Origin: Nitrospinaceae bacterium
Lineage (GTDB): Bacteria > Nitrospinota > Nitrospinia > Nitrospinales > VA-1
Direction: 5' to 3'
Length of the DNA: 62,071 nt
Assembly: GCA_020343535.1 (NCBI GenBank)
Contig: CP070799.1
Location: forward strand, 1,867,774-1,929,844
Shown here: piece after piece, positions 49,865 to 59,044 of the stretch
Layout of the letters: the number at the start of each line of letters is the position of its first letter
Position numbering within the stretch: position 1 is the stretch's first letter
Notes under the pieces: model-generated
Told to the model about the DNA's origin: nothing
Databases searched by the model: none
What the model saw: only the letters and a program-made list of their open reading frames with translations
Program-made: the position numbers and the translations under genes

Positions 49865-52053
49865 GCGGCGAAATTTTTGGAGGATTTATAGATCAGATAG
49901 GCCAGAAGCACGCTCCGGTCAATCAGGCTGTCGCGGATGATGTACTCGGCCTTGCTCCCGATGCCCCCGGTCACCGGACCGAAACCGTCGAGGGCGGGGA
50001 CCTGCGGGCCGCAATAGGCTAGCAGGGAGGCGATGCCTTCGTCCGAGGGTTTAACGCGGACTTCAACGGTTTTCGCGATTTTTTCCACTTTTTGAAAAAA
50101 CTCTTGCGAGAGTTCGGTTTTTAAAAAGGGTTTCCTTTGCAGGCCCCGTGAAACGAGGGTTTTGATTAGGCTACGCGTCGGCGATTCGAAGAGGTGTTGA
50201 ACCTGCTCATCAAGTTTTGTCCCTAGTGACGTGGAACGGTAGCGGATCAAAAAACTTAGCAGGGCGTAATGCGCCGGCAGGCCGGGTGCTCCCCCGGTTT
50301 TTATCCCATTGAGAACGATGTGTGTGCCCTCTGGGTCGGAGTTGAATTTTTTGAGGGCCGTGATTTTCTGGTCGATATAGAGAATCGGGTCCTCCTTCTC
50401 GGAGATCGATTTGAGCAGGTTGTGTCCCGGGCGCTGGTTGATCTCGATGTCGTACTGCAGCGAGCCGAACGAAGAGGTGAGAATTTCTCCAGCCAGGCCC
50501 GCGCCGCTCAGGCCCACCACATAACGGGAGCGGGCGGAAACTTCCTCCAGCACCGTCCGAGAGGACCGTCCGCCACGCGAGTAGTCTGAAATGAGGAGAA
50601 TGCCGCATTTGATTTTTCTTAATGAGCGCGTGTGGCGCAGTGCTTTCAAGGCACCTAACAGGATGGCGAGACCTCCCTTGCCGCGGGCCACGCCACTGCC
50701 GTAAATGCGCCCGCGCTCCTCGGTAAATTGCGTAAAATCCTGCGAATCTATGGAGTTGTCGAGGTTGCCCACGAGGAGGATGTCGTTGTTTTCCTCCATG
50801 TGGTTGGCGAAATATAGGATATTCCCCAATTCGGCGCGCGAATGAACCTGGCGGTGAAACCCCAGCGCAGAGAGCTGGTTCGAGGCCCAGCGGCCCAGGG
50901 AATTGACGCCCTCGATGTTGTTGTAATTGGAGTTGATGTCAACCATTTTGGCCAGATAGTCCTCCATGGTGACCAGGTTGCCGCGCAGGTAGCTCCTCAA
51001 CCTCACCCGCAACGGGTCCTTTTTGGCGGCGCCTTCCGTCTCCCCCACCTTAACCTGTTCGAATTGTTCGCCGCCGAAATAGCGCTCAACCGCCACATCG
51101 AGCATGCGGTTGATCAGGCTTTCATAGGTGTAGCCGGCGACTCCTGCCGCGTGCACGTAGGTCCCCGTCAGGCCGAGGCTTGCCATCGAGTTGAGCTCGA
51201 GGATATAAAGCCGGCCCTCCTTGTCCATGCGAAAATCCACGCGGCAGAAATCGTAAATCCCGAGAACGGAGAAGGTCTCGCGGGTCAGTCGCCTGAGTTC
51301 TCGGGCGATGTCCTCGTCGATACGGGCGGGGCAGATTTTTTCCTTGGGCTTCTTGAGTTTGTCATCCAGGCTTTGAATGGCAAAGGGGTCGCCGCCCAGG
51401 TCGATCTCGACGATGGGGAGAGTCTCGGGATCGTGATTGCCCAGAAGCCCTACGGCGAACTCGCGTCCCGGAATGAATTTCTCTACCAGGACAGGTTGTT
51501 TGAACTGGTCCACTAAATCGCTGATCGCTGTTTTCAGCGACGCTAGGTCGTGAATCACCTGGATGCCCAGGGAGACGGCCTCCATTTTCGGCTTGGTGAT
51601 GACGGGAAAGGGCATGTCGTCTGGGATCTGGTCCGCCTTGTAGAAAACCCAGTAGGGGGCCGTCGGCAGGCCCGCCGCCTGAACCATGACCTTGGTGGTC
51701 ACCTTGTCCAGGGCGATGCCATGCCCCGCCGGGCTGGAGCCAACGTATGGCACCCCGAGCATTTCCAGTAGGGAGGGAATGTGGGTGTAGCGGCTGATAC
51801 CCTGGATGCCGTAGGCCATGTTGAAGACCATGCCGGGTTTCTCACCCTGGACCACGCGAGGCATGAAATTCTGCAACTGTTCGATGACGTTGATATTGCC
51901 GTCGATAACGCGGACGTTGTGCCCACCCTGTTCGAGAGCCGCTGCAACGCGCTCTACGATTTTGGGGTTGTAGGTTTCCAGGTTCTGCATGCCAAAGACG
52001 TTGATGACGCCTCCAACATCCTTGCGCTTGTTATAAATAACGGCGACTTTCAT
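49861..52053 (-). CDS. fusion protein: D-Ala-D-Ala-ligase-like ATP-grasp domain + M20 peptidase-like domain with substituted metal ligands
   Basis: N-terminal half: MKVAVIYNKR...PVITKP...LVEKFIPGREF...RVDFRMDKEGRLYILELNS (ATP-grasp). C-terminal half aligns by eye with carboxypeptidase G2 (ILLVGNLDNS, YGSGVARGKGGLAILLGALKAL, LLISDYSRGG, GIGSKAEYI). The H/D/E/E/H ligand positions read N/G/Y-S/?/G. Confidence 0.75.
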   Translation of the reverse strand: MKVAVIYNKRKDVGGVINVFGMQNLETYNPKIVERVAAALEQGGHNVRVIDGNINVIEQLQNFMPRVVQGEKPGMVFNMAYGIQGISRYTHIPSLLEMLGVPYVGSSPAGHGIALDKVTTKVMVQAAGLPTAPYWVFYKADQIPDDMPFPVITKPKMEAVSLGIQVIHDLASLKTAISDLVDQFKQPVLVEKFIPGREFAVGLLGNHDPETLPIVEIDLGGDPFAIQSLDDKLKKPKEKICPARIDEDIARELRRLTRETFSVLGIYDFCRVDFRMDKEGRLYILELNSMASLGLTGTYVHAAGVAGYTYESLINRMLDVAVERYFGGEQFEQVKVGETEGAAKKDPLRVRLRSYLRGNLVTMEDYLAKMVDINSNYNNIEGVNSLGRWASNQLSALGFHRQVHSRAELGNILYFANHMEENNDILLVGNLDNSIDSQDFTQFTEERGRIYGSGVARGKGGLAILLGALKALRHTRSLRKIKCGILLISDYSRGGRSSRTVLEEVSARSRYVVGLSGAGLAGEILTSSFGSLQYDIEINQRPGHNLLKSISEKEDPILYIDQKITALKKFNSDPEGTHIVLNGIKTGGAPGLPAHYALLSFLIRYRSTSLGTKLDEQVQHLFESPTRSLIKTLVSRGLQRKPFLKTELSQEFFQKVEKIAKTVEVRVKPSDEGIASLLAYCGPQVPALDGFGPVTGGIGSKAEYIIRDSLIDRSVLLAYLIYKSSKNFAA

Positions 52054-52239
52054 AAGGGATACCCGTTAAAAGGTTTAACATCCCCCAAGACTAGCAATCT
52101 TTGGGCGGCATACCCAATGGGCGGGTGTTTGCTGGACCTAGCTTTGCGAACCATTATATCACAGACAACATCGGCCAACGTTTGGAGCCAGGCGCGCTTG
52201 CACGGTTCAGGCCCCCTCTAGGGTGGAATCGGCAGCCCC

Positions 52240-52959
52240 CTATTTTTTGCGGGATTTTTCCTGCCAGGTGATGAGCCAGTGCTGGAACAGGCGAAGCGGC
52301 TGGGTTCCGTGGAATTTCCGGCGTTTGAATTTCGGCGTCTGGTCGTGCTGCAGGCGGGCGACCACCGTCGCGCCCACCGCCTCTTCCACCGTCACGCCGC
52401 GCTGCGCGTGCTCGAGCTTCTTCGATTGGCAGCGGTCGCGAAACGCCACCACCATTCGGCAGTCGAGCGGCCGGGCTTCGTAGATGGTGCACTCGCCATC
52501 GCCCCCGAGGAACGGGCAGGGCTGGTTGATGACTAGGCGGTGCCAGTCGACGGTGTCGAGGTTCTTGTTGTCCCGGATCGCCTGGCGCACGCGCTCGATG
52601 GTTTTTAGCGAACGCTCGATCACGGCGTTTAAGTCGATGCCTTTTTCCCGCGCGAGGTGGACGACGCCATCCCACTCCAGCCGGGTGAGCGCCACGCCGG
52701 TGTGGCAGCAGTGAGCGCACCCTTTTTCGCAGGTGAGCGGCGGCGCTTTGTGCTGGTAGGCCAGGTCGAGCAGCCGCCAGAAAGCGGTAAGCGGCGGAAT
52801 CTTCTCGGCGCGCGCCAGCGCCTTGGCGCTTTCCACCATGGCCTGATAGGTTTCTTGGATTTCCTTTTCGCTGAAGCGGGCTCGCAGGAACTTTTCCAGC
52901 TCGTCGGTGCCCGTCATGCCCTGAATGAACAGGCCGTTTTCGTCGTACGCGGCGGTCAT
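52240..52959 (-). CDS. YkgJ-family cysteine-cluster (CxxCxxCC) protein
   Basis: CEKGCAHCCH and CPFLGGDGECTIYEARPLDCR motifs (UPF0153 / putative Zn-Fe chelating domain). Confidence 0.7.
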   Translation of the reverse strand: MTAAYDENGLFIQGMTGTDELEKFLRARFSEKEIQETYQAMVESAKALARAEKIPPLTAFWRLLDLAYQHKAPPLTCEKGCAHCCHTGVALTRLEWDGVVHLAREKGIDLNAVIERSLKTIERVRQAIRDNKNLDTVDWHRLVINQPCPFLGGDGECTIYEARPLDCRMVVAFRDRCQSKKLEHAQRGVTVEEAVGATVVARLQHDQTPKFKRRKFHGTQPLRLFQHWLITWQEKSRKK

Positions 52960-53073
52960 GAACTTCTCTCGCTTGGGGAGTGCTTCCGATTTTCGTGGAT
53001 ACTATTCAGCTTAGCATTTGGAAGGGGGGGAATCCAGCGCTTTACGGAGGGGCGGTGCCCAGGCCTCATGGCT

Positions 53074-53472
53074 TCAGCCCCGGGTTTTCTCCACGTATTT
53101 CATTTGCAGCTCATAGATGAGCTGTTCGAGAAGTTTGGCTTCGTCGGCGCTCAGGTTTCCCTGGGTCTTGGCCTTCAGCATAATGAGCATATCGATGGTT
53201 TGCTGGACGGCGGGAAGGTTGGTTTCCTTCTGCCCGGTCACCGGGTCGGCCAGGTCCCCCAAATGATAAAACGCCGAGGAAGTGAGGGACATGATGAAGG
53301 TGGAAAAGTCGATTTGAAATTTTTGCTCGCCGGGGGCTTGTTTGGGTGCGGGCTCTCCAGCCGGGGGCGCTTCCGGCTCAGGTTCGCGCGAGGCGTCTTC
53401 CTCGGAAAGTTGGGAAGAGCGTTTGTCCTTGATGACGAAACTGTCGCCTTTGATTTCTTCCTTTTTACTCAT
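53074..53472 (-). CDS. DUF1844 domain protein
   Basis: IDFSTFIMSLTSSAFYHLGDLADPVTGQKETNLPAVQQTIDMLIMLKAKTQGNL is the DUF1844 signature. ATG 53472 (MSKKEE) is preferred over the long track ORF. Confidence 0.65.
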   Translation of the reverse strand: MSKKEEIKGDSFVIKDKRSSQLSEEDASREPEPEAPPAGEPAPKQAPGEQKFQIDFSTFIMSLTSSAFYHLGDLADPVTGQKETNLPAVQQTIDMLIMLKAKTQGNLSADEAKLLEQLIYELQMKYVEKTRG

Positions 53473-53623
53473 GAGCCTGACTCGCGGGATGTTGGCTGTG
53501 CGGGGGGTGGAACCCCCAGGATTTTTGTAAGATAAAATGTAGCAAATCGACTCCACCCTGTCAAAAATATCGCCCGCCCGCGGCAAGGGAGTTTTGTTGT
53601 TGCGGGCCGGTGGTTTTGCTAAG

Positions 53624-54496
53624 ATGACACTCATGCTTGCCCAACGGTTTCTTCCAATTATCGCCGGATTGATGATGGCCGGCTGCGCCACCGAACAGGT
53701 GGCGGCGCGCCTGGCCCTCCCCCTGGTGCAGGGTCAGTACGAGGCCATTCAGGAAGAGCCGGACGTTGTATTGGCCGAGCGGGCGATTCCCGCCAGCCTG
53801 AAAATGATGGAAGGGCTGCTCAAGGACGATGCTGAGAATCCCGAGCTTCTTTTGCGCCTTTCCGAAGGGTTCTGCGGTTACGCCTTCAGCTTTCTTGAAG
53901 ACACCGATCCCACCCGGGCGGCCGCCACTTACGTTCGCGGCAGGGACTACGCCTTTCGTGCCGTGTTGGCCGGGGCGGGGGGGCTGGATCTTAAGCAAAC
54001 GAACCTGCCCGACTTTGGCGCCGCGCTCTCCGCGCTTGGGGAAAGCCAATTGCCGGCCCTGTTCTGGCTCGGCCAGTGTTGGGGCGGTTGGCTGGCGCTC
54101 AGCCTGGACAACCCGCAGGCGTTGGCGGATATCTCCCGCTTGCAAAAACTCATCGACCGGTTGCTCGAACTCGGCCCCGAGTATCATTACGGCGGGCCGC
54201 ATCTATTGGCCGGCGTGTTTTACGGCGGCCGCAGCCGGATGCTCGGCGGGGATCACGAAAAAGCGCGCGCCCACTTCGAGGAGAACCTGCGGCTGACCGG
54301 GGGGCGCTACCTGGCCACCCGCTACATGTATGCCAAGACCCTGGCCGTGCAAAGTCAGGACCGGCCCCTGTTCGAGCAGCAGTTGAAAGCGGTGGAAGTC
54401 GCCGCGTCGGATGAAATTCCAGGCCAGAGGCTGGCCAACGAGGTGGCGAAGCTCAGATCGAAAACCCTGTTGGAGACGGCGGATGAATTGTTTTAA
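53624..54496 (+). CDS. TRAP-transporter TatT component family lipoprotein (TPR-like)
   Basis: Lipobox LMMAGC. AIPASLKMMEGLLKDDAENPELLL...GRDYAFRA...LFWLGQCWGGWL resembles T. pallidum TatT-type proteins. Confidence 0.6.
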   Translation: MTLMLAQRFLPIIAGLMMAGCATEQVAARLALPLVQGQYEAIQEEPDVVLAERAIPASLKMMEGLLKDDAENPELLLRLSEGFCGYAFSFLEDTDPTRAAATYVRGRDYAFRAVLAGAGGLDLKQTNLPDFGAALSALGESQLPALFWLGQCWGGWLALSLDNPQALADISRLQKLIDRLLELGPEYHYGGPHLLAGVFYGGRSRMLGGDHEKARAHFEENLRLTGGRYLATRYMYAKTLAVQSQDRPLFEQQLKAVEVAASDEIPGQRLANEVAKLRSKTLLETADELF

Positions 54497-55520
54497 AGAC
54501 GAAGGGAAAGCGGCTCCGCGCCGGTGGCTTTGGGGCGCGGTGCTCGCGGTCTTCGCGGTGATGTTTTCCGCCGCCGGGGTGTGGGCGGGTAAAAAGGAAG
54601 TCGTCAAATTCGCTACGCTGGCTCCCGAGGGGTCGTCGTGGATGAAGGAGATGCGTCTCCTCGCCAATGAGATTGAAAAGGAGACCGGCGGAGAGGTGGT
54701 TTTCAAATTTTACCCCGGCGGCGTCTCTGGCGACGAGCTCGATGTCATCCGCAAAATGCGAATCGGCCAACTGCACGGGGCCGGGTTCACCGGCGTCGGC
54801 CTTGGCGAAATTTTACCGGAGGTGCGGGTGCTGGATCTGCCCTTTCTGTTTGCCAACGATGGTGAGGTCGAACGGGTTTATGACAAGATGAACCATCACT
54901 TCGCGCGCCGCTTCGAGGAACGGGGGTATGTCCTGCTCGGTTGGGTGCCGGTCGGTTGGGTGCATTTTTTCTCCAACCACGAATTGAAGACGCTGGATGA
55001 CTTAAAGAGCGCCAAGGCGTGGATGTGGCAAGGGGACCCGCTGGTGGAGGCCACGTACAATGCCCTCGGCGTTCGCCCGGTCCCGCTGTCGGTGAGCGAT
55101 GTGCTGCTCTCTTTGCAAACGGGAATTGTCGACACCGTGTACGCCTCGCCGCAGGGCGCTCTGGCTCTGCAATGGTTCACCAAGGTGAAGCACATGTCTT
55201 CCTTCCCCATGGGTTACGCCACCGGCGGCGTCCTCCTCACCAAGAAAAAGTATGATCGCCTGCCGGATAAATTCAAGGATGCCCTTGGCAAAATCAGCGT
55301 GCGGCATTTGCAGGGGCTGGTGCGGACCATTCAGCAGGAGAACGCCCAGTCCATTCAGGTCATCCGCGACAACGGAGTGACGTTGTCTCCTCCCCCGTCG
55401 CCGGAAGCGCTGAAGCGGTTTCAGGAGGCGGGAGCTCAGGCGCGTAAAAGCCTGACGGGGCAATTGTTTGACAAGAAACTCCTCGATACGGTTTTATCCC
55501 ATCTTGGAGAGGGCCGCTGA
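54483..55520 (+). CDS. TRAP-transporter substrate-binding protein (DctP family)
   Basis: A signal peptide is followed by VVKFATLAPEGSSWMKEM...KFYPGGVSGDE, the DctP/TatP-like family. The start overlaps the end of the TatT-like gene. Confidence 0.7.
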   Translation: MNCFKDEGKAAPRRWLWGAVLAVFAVMFSAAGVWAGKKEVVKFATLAPEGSSWMKEMRLLANEIEKETGGEVVFKFYPGGVSGDELDVIRKMRIGQLHGAGFTGVGLGEILPEVRVLDLPFLFANDGEVERVYDKMNHHFARRFEERGYVLLGWVPVGWVHFFSNHELKTLDDLKSAKAWMWQGDPLVEATYNALGVRPVPLSVSDVLLSLQTGIVDTVYASPQGALALQWFTKVKHMSSFPMGYATGGVLLTKKKYDRLPDKFKDALGKISVRHLQGLVRTIQQENAQSIQVIRDNGVTLSPPPSPEALKRFQEAGAQARKSLTGQLFDKKLLDTVLSHLGEGR

Positions 55521-55622
55521 GGCCGGGCGGGGTTTTTCGCTTCTTCCGGAATGTTTCGCCACGCTCAATGCGGAGCCGCCTTGCCGCGTTCAGGAACGCA
55601 TGGGCAGCGGGCCGGGTGCTCT

Positions 55623-57281
55623 TCAGGCGGCGGGAGGTTTTTCGGCGGGTATCCTGGAAGCCGCCCAGCGCGCCAGCTTCTCGCGGCCGATCTTGGCATT
55701 GTGCCGGATGTCCACCGGGAACCCGGGATGAAAAAGGACATGGCGGATGGCCCGCGTCTGCTCCGACGCCGCGGCCAGTTCCAGCAACTCCCGCCGAACC
55801 CGCTCCACCCATTTTTTTTCCTTGATCCTGCGCGCCGCTCCCGGCTCGATCACAATGACCGGTCGTTGCCGCCCGCGCGGCCCGATGCCGACAAGGGCCG
55901 ATCGGCGGACTTCGAGATGGCGGTTGAACACCGCTTCACAGGGAATGGTGAATAACGTTTCTTCCGCGAGAGTCACGCGGTGGCTTTTGCGCCCGGCGAA
56001 CCACAGCCGCCCTTCCTCGTCGATGGAGCCGATGTCTCCCATGCGGTGCCAGAACCCATCGCCGTCCTGGATCTTCGCCAGCCGCGTTGCCCCTTCCCGG
56101 TTGAAATAGAGCCGGGTGACCCACGGCCCCTGGACGACGATCTCCCCCATGCCGCCGATCGGCTTTTCCAGCCCCTCCCGCCATTGCAGGATCGGATCGT
56201 CGCTGATTTCGATGATGCGCACCCCGATCCCGGGCACCGGCCGGCCGACGCAGGTTCCGCGCTGGCAGCCCGTGCCGCCGGCGTCGAGGGCGACGATTTC
56301 CCGCTGGCCGATGGAGGACACCGGCAGCGCTTCGGTCGCGCCGTAGGGCGTGAACGCCTCGCCGTCGTTGTCGAGAATGCGGTCGAAGCGACCGATGAGC
56401 TCCGGCGGCACGGGAGCCCCGGCGATGAGCACGCGCTTGAGCGAGGGCAGGTGGATCTTATGGTCGAGGCAGTGGCGCGTCACCGTGTTCCACAACGCGG
56501 GCGAGCCGAAACTGCTGGTCACCCGGTACTTGAGAATCGGCGTGATGATTTCATCGGGGTCGACCTCGGCGGGCCGCGTCGGGTCCATGCGCGGCAGGAC
56601 GGCGGTCATGCCGAGGGCGATGCCGAACAGGGCGAACAGGGGGAAGGTCGGCAAGTCCACCTCGCCCATGCGAATTCCATAGCAGGATTTGAGCAGCTCG
56701 ACCTGATGGGTGAACATGCCGTGGGTGTAGAGGACGCCCTTCGAGGGCCCGGTGCTGCCGCTGGTGAAAAGGATCGCCGCCGGGTGGTCTTCATCCCGCG
56801 GCAGCGAGGCGAATTCTTCCGTGCCGTGGGCCAGCACGTCCTTCAGGCTTTCGCCGCCCCAGAACCAGCGGCGGCCGACGGTGATGCAGGTGCGGACGCT
56901 TTGGAAGGGTTTCGGGAAAAATTTGCGCAGGGCGTGTGCCTTCGGCACGGCGATCATCGCCTGGGGGCGCGCCTCCTTGACGCAGTGCAGGAAATTTTTT
57001 CGGCCCAGCCCCGGGTCGATCAGGACGGGGATGGCCCCGGCCTTGAACAGGCCGAACGCGAGGGTGATGAAATCGATTCCGAACGGCACGAGCAAGAGGA
57101 CCCGCGTTCCTTCGTTGATTCCCGCCTGGGCGAACCCCGAGGCGAGGCGGGCGGTCTGGCTGTTGAGCTCCCGAAACGAGATTTCGCTCTCCAGCCAGGG
57201 AGCGCGAATGGCGGGCGCGCCGGGAATTTTACGCACCAGCCCTTCCAGCGTTGCGGCAATGTTAAAGTGGGGGGCGTTCAT
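55623..57281 (-). CDS. AMP-dependent synthetase / fatty-acid-CoA ligase family protein
   Basis: AMP-binding motif AAILFTSGSTGPSKGV, with YGATE and a GDIG..DEEGRLWFAGRK region. ATG 57281 (MNAPHF) is chosen; the upstream part of the 691-aa track ORF is R/P/H-rich shadow. Confidence 0.8.
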   Translation of the reverse strand: MNAPHFNIAATLEGLVRKIPGAPAIRAPWLESEISFRELNSQTARLASGFAQAGINEGTRVLLLVPFGIDFITLAFGLFKAGAIPVLIDPGLGRKNFLHCVKEARPQAMIAVPKAHALRKFFPKPFQSVRTCITVGRRWFWGGESLKDVLAHGTEEFASLPRDEDHPAAILFTSGSTGPSKGVLYTHGMFTHQVELLKSCYGIRMGEVDLPTFPLFALFGIALGMTAVLPRMDPTRPAEVDPDEIITPILKYRVTSSFGSPALWNTVTRHCLDHKIHLPSLKRVLIAGAPVPPELIGRFDRILDNDGEAFTPYGATEALPVSSIGQREIVALDAGGTGCQRGTCVGRPVPGIGVRIIEISDDPILQWREGLEKPIGGMGEIVVQGPWVTRLYFNREGATRLAKIQDGDGFWHRMGDIGSIDEEGRLWFAGRKSHRVTLAEETLFTIPCEAVFNRHLEVRRSALVGIGPRGRQRPVIVIEPGAARRIKEKKWVERVRRELLELAAASEQTRAIRHVLFHPGFPVDIRHNAKIGREKLARWAASRIPAEKPPAA

Positions 57282-57286
57282 GGTTG

Positions 57287-58078
57287 TCAAAAAAGACCGA
57301 GCGCGGCCTTGGCCAGCTTGAGTGAAACCTTCTGCTTTTGCTGGTAGGATTCGCGGTCGATGCGGGTCACGCAGTCCCGGATGGATGTAAAATCCCTCGG
57401 CACCCGGGTCAGCAGGTAATCGATGACCTTGCCGGGGATTTCCAGACCCACGTCGCGGCCCAGCTTTTGGATGATTTTGGCGGTGGTGGCGTCGTCGATG
57501 GGCTGGATGCCCGCCGTCATTCCCCAGCGCAGGCGGGAGGTCAGGTAACTCTCGGCGCCGGTGAGCAGGTCCGGCGCCTGCCGGCCGGTGAACACGATGA
57601 TTTTTTTGCCTTCGGTCAGCGCGTTGTAAATGAAATACAGCTTTTCCTGCGCCGCCAACCTGCCCGCGATGCGGTCGACATCGTCGAGAAGAAAGCAATC
57701 GGCCCCGGCGATGCGCAACGCGCTCAGGCTGGCGGCCTCTTCGCCGTTGTCGATCTGGCGGACGAATTCCTCACAGGGAACGTAAAGGATTTGCTTGTCG
57801 GGGAAAGTTTGCGCGACCCGGTTTCCGATGGCGATCAGCAGATGAGTCTTCCCCAAATGCTCGCCGCCATACAGGTAGAGGGAATGATAGGGCAGGGCGC
57901 CGCCGGAAGCGATGCGCCGGGCGGCGTCGACGGCGAACCGGGACCCCTCCGAAACCACGAAATTGTCGAAGCTGTATTCCGGGCGCGCGGGAAAGTTCAA
58001 TATCAACTGCCGCCCTTGTTGGTTTTGCATGTTCGGTTGCCGGCCGCGGCCCGGCGCTGCAGCCGCACGGAAAATCAT
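57287..58078 (-). CDS. DnaA-related AAA+ protein (Hda-like)
   Basis: QLILNFP...FDNFVVSEGSRFA...LYLYGGEHLGKTHLLIAIGN...FLLDDVD resembles Hda/DnaA domain III. ATG 58078 overlaps the upstream stop (ATGA); the alternative start is 58030. Confidence 0.65.
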   Translation of the reverse strand: MIFRAAAAPGRGRQPNMQNQQGRQLILNFPARPEYSFDNFVVSEGSRFAVDAARRIASGGALPYHSLYLYGGEHLGKTHLLIAIGNRVAQTFPDKQILYVPCEEFVRQIDNGEEAASLSALRIAGADCFLLDDVDRIAGRLAAQEKLYFIYNALTEGKKIIVFTGRQAPDLLTGAESYLTSRLRWGMTAGIQPIDDATTAKIIQKLGRDVGLEIPGKVIDYLLTRVPRDFTSIRDCVTRIDRESYQQKQKVSLKLAKAALGLF

Positions 58079-58518
58079 TTGGGGCCGATCTGGACCTCGA
58101 TATAGGTTTTGAAAAGGTATTCCTTAATTATGAGAGTGCAGACCCAACCCTCCTTTTCATAATTCAATATCACGCCGTCGTGCTCCATCGCGTTGATCAG
58201 CTTCCAGCCGTGGCTTGCCATGACGCTTTGGTAGTAATCGACGACTTCCTGGGCCTTGTTCCAGGCGGAATAATACAGGCGGCCCACCTTGAGCGAGCCG
58301 CTGCCGGACTCGTAAATAAAGGATTTAGACCGGTCGAGGGTGAAGCTGCTGTGCACCGGCAGGTCCGTGAAGGGGTAGGCCGAACTCATGAGTTCCTCGG
58401 TGGTGCTGGCCTTCTCATCCGAGCTGTCGGGCATGAGGGCGCAGCCGCTCGCGGCGGTGAGAGCAAGGGCGGAGGCGAAAACCACCGTAATCCAGCGCGT
58501 GAAGGATGTGTTTTTCAA
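58075..58518 (-). CDS. hypothetical lipoprotein
   Basis: Signal plus lipobox LALTAASGC. No domain recognised. The start overlaps the end of the DUF2065 gene. Confidence 0.55.
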   Translation of the reverse strand: MKNTSFTRWITVVFASALALTAASGCALMPDSSDEKASTTEELMSSAYPFTDLPVHSSFTLDRSKSFIYESGSGSLKVGRLYYSAWNKAQEVVDYYQSVMASHGWKLINAMEHDGVILNYEKEGWVCTLIIKEYLFKTYIEVQIGPK

Positions 58519-58706
58519 GACAGAGTCCTCCCAAAGTAAGAGAGCAATAAACCGAATAATATCAGGGCAAGGCCGATGGTTCTGAGAGAAGCGTCCTTGA
58601 TGAGCGGCACTTGTTCGGCGAATTTTTTAACCTTCGATGGAAAACAGAAATAGGGGATGCCTTCAAATACCATCATCAATCCCAGGGCCGAAAGGAAAAG
58701 GCTCAT
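58515..58706 (-). CDS. DUF2065 family small membrane protein
   Basis: 63 aa with two TM helices and the MVFEGIPYFCFP signature. Confidence 0.6.
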   Translation of the reverse strand: MSLFLSALGLMMVFEGIPYFCFPSKVKKFAEQVPLIKDASLRTIGLALILFGLLLSYFGRTLS

Positions 58707-59014
58707 CGTGATTGGAAGCGGGGAAATAGGGTTCGCGATCCCGGAGCCCTGGCCATTTCGGGAGCGCCCCGCCCTGGGTTCGCCCCCCTTCCTGGTGCAG
58801 GCCCCCTGAAGCGGGGAAGCCGGATGTGGCCCTCAGCCGCCCCAGCGCCGGCGCGGGGGTCAAAATTTGCCTTAAAGGGCTAAAATCTATTGGGGCGTGG
58901 GAAGGCGTGAAGGTATCGGCCCGGTGAACGTGAGCGCGCCAACGCTTGTCTGCATCAATTATCTTTAAACTCCGGGGAGGAGTCAATAAAATATTTGAAA
59001 CGCTCTCTTTGACC

Positions 59015-59044
59015 TTGTCAATAAACTTTAAGCCATTATATAAT
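59015..59044 (+). promoter_or_regulatory. candidate sigma70-type promoter inside the long intergenic region upstream of htrA
   Basis: TTGTCA (59015-59020), an 18-nt spacer, then TATAAT (59039-59044) in a locally AT-rich patch. It would start a ~290-nt leader or a separate small RNA. Confidence 0.3.
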
